DNA of 64,000 bases from Gordius albopunctatus (taxonomy: Eukaryota), in contig OZ193909.1 in assembly GCA_964276515.1 (NCBI GenBank), forward strand, positions 5,084,001 through 5,148,000, given 5' to 3'. Under the pieces are notes generated by a model. The model was not told the DNA's origin. It made no database searches and saw only the letters and a program-made list of their open reading frames with translations. Of the stretch, positions 1-13,120 are shown one piece after another (the stretch's first letter is position 1; each line of letters begins with the position of its first letter). The position numbers and the translations under genes are program-made.

Positions 1-1220
1 GCCAATGGTCATTTTATTCCATTGGTCAGCAGCCAGCGGACGGCCAAAAAGTCATAATAGCAATGGTAGGAACAGGAACAATCATAATAGTAAAAAAAAA
101 CGAAAAAAATATTTTCGATTCACATTTTGGCCAATGGTCATTTTTTCCATCGGTCAGGAGCCAGCGGACGGCCAAAAAGTCATAATAGCAATGGTAGGAA
201 CAGGAACAATCATAATAGTCAAAAAAAACGAAAAAATAAACTCGGATACACATTTTGGCCAATGGTCATTTTTTTCATTGGTCAGCAGCCAGCGGACGGC
301 CAAAAAGTCTTATTATCAATGATAGTAACAAGAACAATCATAAGAGTCAAAAAAAACTCCGGGATTCTAACCCAAAAACTAGATAAATTGCATAGCAATT
401 ATTAAAAAGTATAGAGGCATAGGCCCTTGTAAGGGAGGGCATAGGGTAATTATCAATGTTAACCTATTCAAAAAGGAAAAACGAAAAATTAGGATTTATT
501 TGGCCAATGTTCATTTTTTCATTGGTCAGTAGCCAGCGGACGGTCAAAAAGTCATATTATCAATGGTATTAACAAGAACAAAATATTAAATTAATTAAAA
601 AAATAAAAATTTTGCCCTCTCCGGGATTCGAACTTACATTAAATAGAGGCATAAGCCTTTGGAGGGGAACAGGGAACCATATAAATAGAGCCATAGGCCC
701 TTGTAGGGGAGGGCATAGGGTAATTATCAATGTTAAACTATTCAAAAACGAAAAATTAAAAATTTCGATTTATCTGGCCAGTGGTCATTTTTTCATTGGT
801 CAGTAGCCTGCGGACGGTCAAAAATTCATATTATCAATGGTATTAACAAGAACAATATATTAATTTAATTTAAAAAAAAATAAAAATTTTTGTCCTCTCC
901 GGGTCTCGAACCATCAATTTAGAACGTTCGCCGGGATTCAAACCCACATTAAATAGAGGCATAAGCCTTTGGAGGGGAACAGGGAACCATATAAATAGAG
1001 CCATAGGCCCTTGTAGGGGAGGGCATAGGGTAATTATCAATGTTAAACTATTCAAAAACGAAAAATTAAAAATTTCGATTTATCTGGCCAGTGGTCATTT
1101 TTTCATTGGTCAGTAGCCTGCGGACGGTCAAAAATTCATATTATCAATGGTATTAACAAGAACAATATATTAATTTAATTTAAAAAAAATAAAAATTTTT
1201 GTCCTCTCCGGGTCTCGAAC
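1..1220. repeat. Compound tandem repeat (units of ~128-129 bp, expanding to 245-310 bp)
   Basis: The motif GGCCA(A/G)TG(G/T)TCATTTT...CATTGGTCAG recurs at 1, 130, 258, 503, 777 and 1087. The last two units are near-identical with a 310-bp period. Confidence 0.9.
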
Positions 1221-1320
1221 CCGCAACCTCCAGGTCGGGAAGCTGGTGTAAATAACTTGGTGGACGACGGACGGACGGACGACGGACAACCAAAAACGAG
1301 CCCATAAATTGCATAGAAAT
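1..1320 (-). mobile_element. DINE-1/HINE-like non-autonomous Helentron with central tandem repeats (truncated by window start)
   Basis: Read on the minus strand: subterminal motif (GCCCATAAATTGCATAG at 1300-1316), a (GTCC/GTC)n microsatellite at 1262-1287, then tandem repeats. A second copy at ~16095-16620 shares the repeat unit and has the inverted copy of the subterminal motif plus a terminal hairpin. This matches the DINE-1/HINE layout. Confidence 0.6.
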
Positions 1321-1804
1321 TAATATTTACCAACGCCTCTGTGAAATATTCGAGATTCGATTTAAATTCGAATTTACCGAAATTTCGAACCGAATCCAAA
1401 TTATCCTTATGTGGAAGTTTCTTGCTGAAATTTGAAATCCATCGAATCTTTAAAAAAGGATTCGAAAAATTATTTCGAATATAATTAACAGTTTTTATCT
1501 TTCCTTATATTAATTATTTTCCCCAATCATTAATTTTAAATTTTATAAACAGACATAAATATATATTCGAAAATTGTTTTTACATATAATATGGGCCTAA
1601 ACTTCCAAAAAAATTCCATTAAATTTTCTAGCATTTTCGGTCAATCCTAATTTTATGTTTAATATTATTTTTGATAACCATCAAATTTTAACAAATATTA
1701 TTAAACTATAAATAATATATTTTTATATGCATTACCCTTGCATGCCGTGATCTTATTTATGTACATAACATTATAGATTTATATTTAAACAAGATAATAA
1801 CCCG

Positions 1805-2530
1805 TTGTACGAGCAACTCAAACCATCAATTCAAAAGGATTGGGATGCTTGTTTGGTTTCGCGCTCCGTTGCTCACCTATTTACGAGCAGCGATACCAAA
1901 CAACATTACAACATTCGGTCATTGGTGTTTGATAAATGTGGCCACGAATGGCTTGAGGCTTACCCCAGTAAGTATTCAAACATGATGTTGGAGGACTCCG
2001 AGCTATCCTACAGTATAGCTCTACGCCTTGGCATCAAATACACCAAACCATATGCATGTAGGAATTGCGACCTGCCAGTTGACGAACAAGCCCGTCGTCA
2101 TCCATTACATTTCAGGTTGAACAAATTGAGACACATGCGGCACTCCACCCTTAAAAAGGCTAAAATCGCGTCCATTCTTGAGCCGTCAGACCCCTCTCTT
2201 GAGGGTCGAATGCGCCCTGACGCCTCCTCACTTGTGCCTTGGGAAAACGGTATATTCTTAAAATGGGACACTTCAAATCTCAATCATGACCCAATGACCC
2301 TCGCGGAGGGGCGCAAATTAACAAAATACAAGGCCCTTTTAAAATCAAGTATTTTTATCCCCATAGTTTCATCCTGTTCCGGCTCCTCTTATGGGAACTT
2401 TTTTAAGGAAATAGGCAGACGATCTTTTCCTTCTAAATATTCTTCCGCATTTTTACTAAAACAATCAATTGCGATTTTAATCGCAAAATTTAACTTTAAA
2501 TCTTTTTTGGATTTTTATCCTTCCTTAAAA
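1805..2530 (+). mobile_element. 3' remnant of a CRE-clade non-LTR retrotransposon (zinc knuckle + restriction-like endonuclease)
   Basis: The ORF contains WLEAYPS...IALRLG...CRNC...HPLH...RH...EPSDPSLEGRMRPD..LVPWENG..LKWD, a typical RLE-bearing LINE C-terminus. No RT is present. A homologous copy lies at ~62930-63965. Confidence 0.75.
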
Positions 2531-5462
2531 GAGGAAGATGAAGGTGGTATATTAGCTACGCTCTTATTTAATTTTTTTAATATACTAAATTTGTATTACA
2601 TTTTATTTTACCGTATTATAATTATCAGCCATCTTTTTATGGAAACGAATAATAGGCAGATTCTAATTACGATTTGTGCCAAATTTTTAATTAGAGACTA
2701 TGTTAAATTTAGATAATTTTGATACTGAAGAAGGAAAATAAGTAAATAGTTTGTGACTATTTCATATATCATAAATCATCAATGCTACCTGTACTTATGG
2801 TGAAAGTATTTTTATATAACATACAAAAATTGGCTTAAAGCAATTCACTGCTTTAGAAATATCATTATTTTATACTTTTGTTAACCCTTAATGTTTTTTT
2901 TGTATCTTTATGAATAATTTTTTTGAAATGTATTAATAAATTGATGCGATTTTTAGTAATTAAAAAACTTTAGAAATGTTAGAATCGAGTTTTAATCTTT
3001 AAATTTACATAGTCAGGAGATTTATAACTAAAAGAATGGATCGGCTTTATTAAAAATTCATCGGGAATGTTCGCACCTCAGGTGGTATTCTTATTTGAAA
3101 ATTGCTGGGCAAATGAAAAATAAAACTTTCTGATAAATTCTTAATAAAGCCAATCTTTTCTATAAGATTTTATGTTTTATACACAGAATTCATGAGGTCA
3201 GATTTGTTAAATTTTTGGCCCGGTTCTACTTTATAACTAAATATCCCGCTTTATTAAATCTGCCCAAACTGCCCGACCCAAAATAATAATTTTTTTGTAG
3301 TGATTTCGTTATATTTTCGTATAATTTTAAATTTAATTCTAGTTTTTTTTTAAAAATAAGAAACACGATTATTAAATACTATAGAATCAAGTAAAAAGGT
3401 GACAAAATAATACCCAAAAACTATATAATACAGTATATATCAAATCGTTATAAGGCCCAATCGCTCGAATCTTGTTATGGTGCCTTCCCCCCGGGCCCGC
3501 TAGAAAATCTAATTCTATGAAAGTGGCCTGGCTCGTAAACGGGCCAGACTTTTCTCATCTATCCATAATTATATAATAAATAAAAATTATAACAAAAATT
3601 TTAAAAAATTTCCCCTTCCCCAAGAAAAATTCACTAAATTTACTCAGTCACATGGTAGCATTTACATGTAAACTTAGACGAAATATGGTAAAAAGAATTT
3701 TAAATTTTATGCAATCATTGACCACACATCTTTTGGTCATAATTAAAATCTAATTATTAAATTCTGAACCTTTTTTAACATAAAAGTCGTCTGCTTCTTT
3801 AAATACATTGTTGCAAAACAATGTATAACTTATTCCCATATAATCATATTCCCAAAACAAGGTAATTCATGATTCTTATTTTATTTTAAAATATTTTGAA
3901 CTCTAAATAAATTTGTCGCGAAAGCTCTAAAGTGCTAGAAAGAAATTTGAATGATCTCTAAAACTATCATATAACCAAGGCCTTATTATGTTGAAGTCTT
4001 ATTCAAATTAAGACATAGCTATGTAGTGGTCAACAGCACTATGGCGGTCGAGGTTTTTTCTGAAAAATTAGTAGCCTCCAGGGATACTTTTGTTAAAAGT
4101 GTATATCTTAAAAAACTTTAATCATACCTAAATTGATTTAAATATTTATTTATTTATTGACCCCAATTTAAAACTAATAATTAAGAATCAAAGTTTTTGC
4201 TCTCCGAAAACGTTTAAACAAAAATATTCTGGCAACATTATTCCGTTTACATCATCAATTGGTCAAGATTTGCTAAACAGTTCCGTTCGTTTAATTCTAA
4301 AAGGCAATTATATCAATTCAATTATCATCCTCTACACTAATATGCAATTTATCACATTAACTTAATAACATGGAAAAAGGTATATTGAAAAAATGTAATT
4401 CATGCAAATTCCCTTAATCAATTACCACCATAATTTGTTCCGTTTAACATATCGTGTGTTTTTCAATTTATTTTTTGAAAAGCTCTAAATAAGTATACAT
4501 ATATAAATTCAAAATCTATAAAATTGCTAAAAATGTTGCTCTTTACAAACCGCAATAATTAAATATGAGTTTTCTTAATCCCAGGATACATAAATTAATA
4601 ATTCATAAGAATTTAAGTCAAACTCTATTATTTGTAAAAATTGATAAATTTTTAAGATTAAAAAATTATAGATTTTTGTATAGTCTGTCCGCACAAAATC
4701 TAGTAACTTTCAGTGTTAATTCTCTGCCTTATAAATAACATTTCTCAGTATTTATGTTCAGCCCACCGCTGCACAGCTATTAATCTTATTTTTTTATTAG
4801 CTAAGAACCTACTCCCATCCCCATGCCCCAAAAGCATTTCTTCAAATATTTATTCTTATTTAAATTTCTTTAAACTTTTATACCTGAAATCTGCAGATTT
4901 TCGTTGATGGCTTCTTTGTTCAAATATATTACTTGTAGATTTTATTTTTGTGGTAAGTGCTTCGAAGCCATAAAATAATCGACCATTAAAAATATATTTA
5001 GACATTTTTATATAAATTTTTGATGTTCCAAGCTACATTAAGCAACAAAATATATGATAAATGGATTGTAGCAAATAAATAATATTAAATTAAATCACCA
5101 ATTTTATACATGTTTTAACAATCATAAAAGGTGAGACATATCAAAAAAGTCATTTGGCTTTCAGAATCGCAGATTTAAGTAACTTTTTATAACTTACATA
5201 AACTTGATATTGATAATTTGCGGCTAAATCATGAAAATGGTGATTAAAGTTAATTTCTAAATTCAGTCAAAAGAAAATGAGAATCAAATTTAAACTTATA
5301 ATATATACATGAATGATTCGGGGTTTTTATATCAAATTCGGAAATATTATATAAGGTTCGTAAGTTTTATACTCCTATATCTTATAAAGGAAGCCATGAT
5401 GTTTATTAAAACATCATTTTTTAACTTTTATTAAATCTAGAATCTAGGGATTAGGCCAAAAA

Positions 5463-5583
5463 CATGGGCGTAGCCAGATGTTGTATTGGGGGGGGGGGGG
5501 CAAAACATTAATTTTTTTAATTTTTAAGGTTTTTTGTATTGTAAAATATTTTTTTGTCAATTAGGGGGGGGGGGGCATGGCCA
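5463..5583. mobile_element. Truncated CATGGGCGTAGCC-family MITE
   Basis: 5' TIR CATGGGCGTAGCCAG plus the G-runs and internal sequence shared with other copies. The 3' TIR is incomplete. Confidence 0.65.
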
Positions 5584-5639
5584 ATATAATTTCTAAAGTT
5601 TTGTATGCATATATTTTTAAAAATATTCCATTATTTAGA

Positions 5640-8600
5640 ATGGAGGTCCGAAACGATCCTAGGCCACACAACGATGAGTCCAAAAAGCGATCCTCCAACG
5701 TAGCCCTCGAAATATTGGGCGAACAATCTAACAACCGGTTTGTCTCTCCAGCCCCAGCCTTTTACACGCCCAACGTTGCTTTAGCAGAAGACAACGCTTG
5801 GCCGAGCCCCTTACGCTCTTTGAAGTACACAGGGGTCTCTATGGGCAAACAACAGCAGCCTAGCGAGATTGACGTTCATCTCAATAACGAGTTATACATA
5901 ACAAACGGTCAAAACGCATCCCCGGTGCCGTCATTAAGGGTAGAAGTAGATGTTGGGGAGACTTTGCACATGACGGAAATGTTTTTGGACGAAATTTTAA
6001 ACGATCCGACAGACAAGGAGGAAAACTGCGGATATAACCCACCGTACAGCTCTGGCTACTTTACTAACAGAGAATCTTATCAGTGCGAGCAAGATACTTA
6101 TATGCACACCAACTCACACCAACACCTCGTCAATTCGGTTGACTATAATAATGACATCCAATGTGGGTATAACCCATACAATCCTATGGACCAATATTCA
6201 ATGGGTGACACCTATGATAACGAGGTGAAGTCAGCCAACCTTTCTAAAGACTCTCCCAATTCCAACTATTACTACCCATTGATGCACCATGCGATGAATG
6301 AGACTCACCTACGCGGAGAGCAAAATTATGAAGATCACAGGATGATGCCTCGGTTAAATGTATATCAGGGCATTAATGATGGCTTCATACGCACAGACTC
6401 AAACAGAACCTCAGACAGGGATAGGATGGATTATGGCAACATACCCCATTGCAACAATGATCAATTGACTTTTCCCACAGGCTTAGCCATCTACGATAAC
6501 TCCCTTAATAAATCGATGCCCAGCGATTATTACGGGGCATCAAGTGGCTCCCTTAATGATCCAATTTCTCGTCCGCTAAACTTCATGGCCAACCAATCTT
6601 ACAGCACTAATACTCTCAACGGTGCTTTGATTAGTAGCCAAGTCCAGTTGATTCCGACCTCTTACCCCACCTTTTCCAAAGCCCGGAGATTAACAGTAAA
6701 AGAGCTGCTTAGTTCGGCACGCGATAAAAAATTGACTAGGAAGGCCTATACAACCCTAGATAAAGCACCTTTGAATGAGCACAATGGTAACAACACAACC
6801 TGCGTTAGCGCTACTGAGCCCGGTCAACAATTTATAGTCGCCCTGACTGCACCTAATAATTGCATCAATCCACACCCAATTCAGCCTCCTTTACAACAGA
6901 AGATTCTAAGAGATGAAGCGTTTTGGTTAAATTACGACTTCTCTACCAACAAACGGGCGATCTATCAACCAAATACTACGGCGGCCAATACCGTTAATAG
7001 CAAGCGTAAAAGGTCACAAGTGGCGTTTAACTACGCCGCAAACGCCTCAAAAACCGCTGATGAAAAAGTTCACAAAGCTTCGACCAGGAAAAACGTCTGT
7101 AAAAAGAAAACCATAACTAGCTCCACGAGTAATGCTGTATAAATATACGCATAATTTGGTTGTGCATTTAAATGTCCCTACTCCACGCTAGTGTATCACA
7201 TTTTCGTTTAGGCGATGGCGGCCACGAATTGGTAACTGTCAAAAGGGACTTTTACGCGGGTATGCCTCCACTTCGTACAACGCAGGTCAAAGCGATAAAC
7301 AGCATGAAACAATCGCCCTCTTCTTTGATACATTGGGAACCTTCATACGACGTAGTTATTTGAAGAAACCATCATTTTGTTAAACGTCTCTTAACTTCTC
7401 AAATTAGGATAACTAGTTCGTACAATGCTTAGCCGTGACATACAATTTAAGCGCACGAATTTTAAAGCTTTGTGGTTTTAATTTTAATTGGAAAATCTTA
7501 AATTTTTAAGCCCGAACCTGAGTAGGTCCGCAATTGTACTCATTATTACAGATCCGACACTCTTTTCATTTTATTGGATATTTTAAGAATATGTGATTTA
7601 TAAGACCGGGGATAAGTCGGGTCGAGGCAGACTACTTTTCCGAGCTTGTCTTTAAAACTAGTCAAAATATTATCAACACATTTTAGGAGTCATCCAACAG
7701 TCTGTACGGCGACGATTCCTACCTCTCTAGACGTCCGATCACCACTTCGCTCTTCCCCCCAAACGACATTCCATCCAACGACGGTTGCCTGCATCCTAAT
7801 TCAACCTTGAACAACAACTACGAAACTTTTCTCGACGATCTACTCCGCTCCGAGCCACAGACACCCCTTCATTCGTTAGAAAGTTCGCAAAACGAGTTTT
7901 TTAACGAGGCTCACAATTCTACAGCATCCATAATCGACGACCTGATCGAAGATATGTCGCAAGTGAGGATGACTTGCTTGCAAAGTTAAGATTTCTAGTT
8001 CGTGTAGCCAATATTATGTGCTACCCTCATTCATTTCCAGCGTTTGGCTTAATAGTAGAGCCAGGTGTGGGCAGACCAAGGCCGGGGCCTGCCTAAGAAG
8101 ATTATTAGCTAGGAACAGACAATAATTAAATAATTGAGCCTTAAGTGTGGCCTGATAGCCTATATCTGATCCGAGGCAAACTTTAGCTAACAAATCCTTG
8201 AAAAGATTTACCTTTAGCAACATTAAAAACGCCTTATATTTACAATAATCCTTTTTCCCTGTCTCTAATCATTGTTTTCCCTGTCTATAATCATTGTTTC
8301 AACTTTTTCAAATAGGCAATGCAATATATAAATTATGTAGACATTTGAGCTTTGAAAATAATTTGGATAAATAATTCAAAAAAGATTTTCAATTTATAAT
8401 AACTAAGAAATTTATGAGCCCATAGTTAGACAGGTAGAATAAAAAAGGTTTATTGAATTGTAGCAAGTTGAATTGAACTTGCATTTTTTAAATTACTTAT
8501 GCAATATTAACCAATTTTTTTCCATATTTAGATTGTCAAATAAATATGGTTCCTATTTAAAAAAGATATATATTTTTAGAGATATACAGACAAGAAATTC

Positions 8601-11600
8601 GCGTGAACACGAATCTTTTAATTCCTATCATTATTATGTTTCCAATCAGCTTAGTACACTTTCATTTGACTTACACATTGATCAAGCCAAAAAAATCCTT
8701 AGCAATTTTTTTACTTTAAATGAATTAGACTTATTGTAACATAACAACGGCAATAAGTAAAAAGAGACGACTATGTTGAGACTATTTAACATTATTTAGT
8801 GTATATTAAGTTTATAAAATGATTTGTTTAAGTACACAGTGAAACCGGTGTGATGATAATAAAACTAATAAAAAGAAGCTTCGTAACTATAGAATGTTGC
8901 ATAAATCCTTACGCCACTGTGTACAAGCATTTTATATCTTAAAGATGGCGAATGATGTTTAATGTAACTTAGCCGCCGCCTTCATCATTTTAATCGATTC
9001 ATCCATTTTGTCAACACTAGACCCAAGATCCTGCTTCCCAATACACACCCATCAAAGAAAACTCCCAACAGCCAACCCGCCAGACATCGACGGATAACAA
9101 GACTAGGTCGAGGCACTTTGACTTTAGTCATTTATCCATTGGCGATGGATTCCAGGTCGATTCAATGTGGAACGCCGATGTCGCTAAAGATTGTCACTTC
9201 AGGATGAAAGTCTTGGTAGCACAAAGGTATTCACCTCATTTTGTATGGAGTGACATAATCTAGAGAGGCTACTCAGGCGAAACAATATGTATTTCGTAAT
9301 TTAGCAGACATATTTTGTCCACACGTAGTGTAAATTCATTATATATTGGAACGATATCTATGTAATATATAAACATAGGAGTCGTCCTGATATTAGGCAT
9401 GAGAAATCCAATGCATTTTGCTGCGATTTATTCTTAGAGGGTAGTTTTTTGGTACTTGGCCTAGGGTAAAATATTATTACATTGAAAAACGGTATAAAAG
9501 CTTATTTTTAATTAAAAAACCTGTCAAGCTTTCAACGAAAGGCATACTTTTGAAAAAATATATAGCTATATATATATATCATAAATGTCGATAATGAGAG
9601 AATGTTTCATAGGAAAATACTATACGAATTTCCGCTGATCTTAACACCTGAAGAACGGATTTCTCTAGAGCGAACATCGGTAGATGCAACGTCAAACCAT
9701 GCCGACGACAGCCCGGTTTCTTTTATCACAAACGTGGAGATCGATTTTAAATTTATCGAACAGATTTTTTATAAAGGTTTCCAATCAATTTTACATGAAA
9801 CATTCTTTTATGTCTACTCTAATTCATACAAATGATTTCAAGTATTTGACAAAGACGTTAAGTTACTCAATAGCAAATCTTTTTAAGCGTCAAAATATTA
9901 TTTAACTATTTTTTTAATGAACTATTAGATTTTATCGATACTTTTTACGCAAAATTAGAACTAGGTATTGTGCACCTTTACCCGATTAATAAATATTTAG
10001 TTATAAATTTATATCGTGAAAGGTAACGAAGCTATTGTGATAAATTATTATATGATGAGTAAATTTAGTAGGAGTTTTGGGTAAGTGACAACATTTATAA
10101 ATTTTGGAGTAATAATAGGCTATCGCTGCTTAATTTATAACATAAATATAAAGGAAGTGATACTTAAAATTAATTTTTATCCTTGTGACCAAGGTGTGAG
10201 TCTCGTTATTAAAGTCTCGTGCGCTCCTCGCATTAGGATTATCTACAAGACGACCAATAATCCGGCTTGCTACACCAAATATTCCCTCCAAAGTTTGAAT
10301 CAAATCACCTACCTCCGATCCTTACCAAGAGTAGCGCCATCGTACCACGAAGTATAACACGAGCAGGGTTTTAATAATGTTCAATTCATTCATTCTGCCC
10401 GGTTGGCGTATGGCGATTAATTATGTCACTCAACCTTATTATCGTTCCAGGCTATCTTCTAAGATGCTTTTTTTTGTTTCTTTTACAACAAAGTTAGAGG
10501 TGGCAAATTAATGGAGTTTCGTATAAATGACAAATAAGCCGATTTGGGTTGAAGCATGGCACCCGTTGTGCCTTAATTTGAAGCTCTGTAGTGCGCACGC
10601 GGTAGCTAGGTAGTTTAAAACAACAAATGTAACATCATACCTCACTCCTATCAAAGATGTAAGCATGAGTAGCCCTTTATTTCTACTAGTAGTTGAATTG
10701 TAAAGATAAATTTGCCGGGCTACAGTTTTTCTAAATTTATCTGGTTTTATGTAACTATTATTTTCAGATTTGGTTCAAAAAAGCGAATACACTGGACAAA
10801 TTTAAAGCGTACATCTTAAACCTGCAAAGATATTTTCCACAAACATGTACGCAACTATCAGATAGGGAGTCAAGTGGACAACTTAACCTGGAAGCAAATC
10901 CCAATTTTCGAGGCATGCAATGTTAATATTTCAATGCTTTCTGGCAAAAGCATTTTGTCGCTCAGTTATTTTCCTGTATAAACATTCATTTAAAGTAAAC
11001 TAATATAGTTTGATCGTTTAAATTGAAGTACTTCTGGCAAGTTCCATGCTTGCGCGTCAAATTGTGTTTTTTAAAACTACTTCTCTTAACAACATTAATA
11101 TCTAATAATAAGAGCGGGATAATCTAACGGTAAAAGATACACCATAAAACAGATTATTTTTTAAGTGGTTATGGCTAATAGGTTAATTGTAAATTTATAG
11201 GTTTCTCGGATGTGGCATACAGTCCTAACATTACGCTTTACGAAGTAGACCCGCAATGGTATGATCCAGCAACTTACAACGTAGCCACAACCCCTTCGGC
11301 ATACGATATGTCCGATCATTATCAATCCTCATTGCTTGGCGCAGAGCAGCCTAGACTTGGGGTTGAATACGAAATTGGGAGTAATCGTGGTGCTTATTCA
11401 AACAAACGTAATACAATGTCTATTTGTAATAATTTATCGATTACTCAATCTACAAATGAACTATTAAATAGTAGATGTAATTAGAAAATCAAAATTTTTT
11501 TATAGAAATTTATAATTTTGCTTGCTATAAGCGCTTGAGGTTTTAAAAATGTGAGACAATTAAATAAAAAGGCATTTAGAAATGAATTATTGATTGGTTA

Positions 11601-13120
11601 CCTATTTGTTAATTTATTATTAAATATCCGTCATTCGTTAAGAACCCCATACCACCTATTCAAAGGAGCCTTTAGGAGTGGATCCAATAGTCCCCCCGGA
11701 CAGTCCCAATCTAAAACCTTCTAAGGTCGACGATCTTAATGCCAAACGTAAAAGATTAGAAGCCGTGGCTTTCAGATTTGCCAAGGATTATTGCAAATGT
11801 ACAAGCGGTTGCAATACGCTCCGATGCATTTGTGTTAAAACGGGTTCAGCATGTTCGGCCTCCCAAGAACACAACTGCCAATGCCTAGATTGCCAAAACC
11901 CCCTGAACGGTTTGAGGGATGAGATGGCCTCCTGTATCTCCACCCAGGATCTGGCAAACACCGAAGTATTCTCGAAAAATTCCGATTACCAAATGTTATC
12001 TACAAATGTTTTTCAAAATAAATATCTGATACATTCCTAATTATTATCTGAATATTGCAAAAAATGCAATAGTTACTCGGATGACATATATAACGAGCCT
12101 AGCTAAGATTTAATTTAGGAAGGAGGGGGTGCAAATAAAGATTTTAAAAAAATTGAACGTACTTTAGTGGGAAAAAATTCGATTCCCCATGTTACGGTCA
12201 TTATAGATTTAGTAGGAAATGGACAAGTTTTGTAATGCTTGTCCTAAGCTAGTTAGGGTGGGTTCTTTACGGCAGCTATAAGTGTGTTCGTATTTTAGAT
12301 GACATCATCCCTTCAAACTGGGTTTAACAATTACAACCCCGACCTCGAGAACAAATACGAAATAGCCAGATCGGATATATGTTTGATGCAAAACATTTAT
12401 CAGGTACGATTTCATCGAAGGATTAACACATTACATCAGTTTAAAGAATATAACACAGATAACATATTTTGTGGGCTATAGATTACAAATCTCAAAACGA
12501 AACTAAATACTCTAGTAAAGTTGAGTTGCTGTGGAGGCCTTACCCTTCTAAAACGTTGCATCCCGGGTACCGTCGATTGTCCCAACAAAGCCCAATGCAG
12601 GGCCAAATTCAAGTACACAATTATATTAAAAAAATATTCCTGAATCGTTTAAAAATTTAAACTCTTATCTTATTAGAAAAGCATTAAATATATTTTTTGA
12701 TTTAAATAGATACTCGTGGTGTTTGGGAATTTTTTTCGACGAGTTAACTAATCCGAGGAACCATTGCGAGATTTGCCGAAGATGCATCAATAAAAACTAC
12801 CAACATTGTTATGTAAGTTACAAAGAATACAAATACCTGACACATTAACTAATTAATATTAACGTGAGGCAGTCTTACTCATTTCAATTGCGGCTTTAAG
12901 CTAAGACTACTTCAAAATTTATTTTTTACTTTCATAATGAGTTTAAGTGATTAAACATCGAAATATAAAAAATTTCTTTTTAAATAAACTTGCTTAAACC
13001 ATCGTTCGAATTTATATGGTGTAATAGAAATGCAATCGATGCTACATAGCAGGACTACCTCCGAACCCCTGTAGCAATTGTTACCCACCAATCGCTTCCA
13101 ATCAAAATTATTGTTCTTAA
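5640..13120 (+). CDS. Uncharacterised ~1160-aa protein: low-complexity N-terminus, possible PH-like domain, CXC/tesmin-like Cys cluster, C-terminal Cys/His zinc finger
   Basis: Phase-consistent exons: 5640-7128, 7212-7285, 7687-7962, 9021-9226, 9613-9776, 10194-10351, 10768-10921, 11201-11407, 11643-11965, 12299-12403, 12482-12612, 12710-12812, 13028-13120 (TAA). Encodes CKCTSGCNTLRCICVKTGSAC..HNCQCLDCQNP and YSWC..RNHCEICRRCINKNYQHCYKCNRCY..PCSNC. Some 5' donor choices are uncertain. Confidence 0.72.

Noticed and set aside
1..1220. CRISPR-like repeat-spacer array, and ORFs 5-322, 26-262, 127-405
   Set aside because: Whole units are repeated with no unique spacers, there are no cas genes and the context is eukaryotic. 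The ORFs are by-products of the tandem repeat.
5577..5639. ORF-track start MANIISKVLY for the 521-aa ORF
   Set aside because: This ATG lies in the end of a MITE and the stretch is intron-like, ending in an acceptor at 5638. ATG 5640 is the more plausible start.
10913..10914. Possible non-canonical GC donor (GAG|GCATGC) in the zinc-finger gene
   Set aside because: A canonical GT donor in the same phase lies 9 nt downstream (10922, GTTAAT), so a GC-AG intron is not required.
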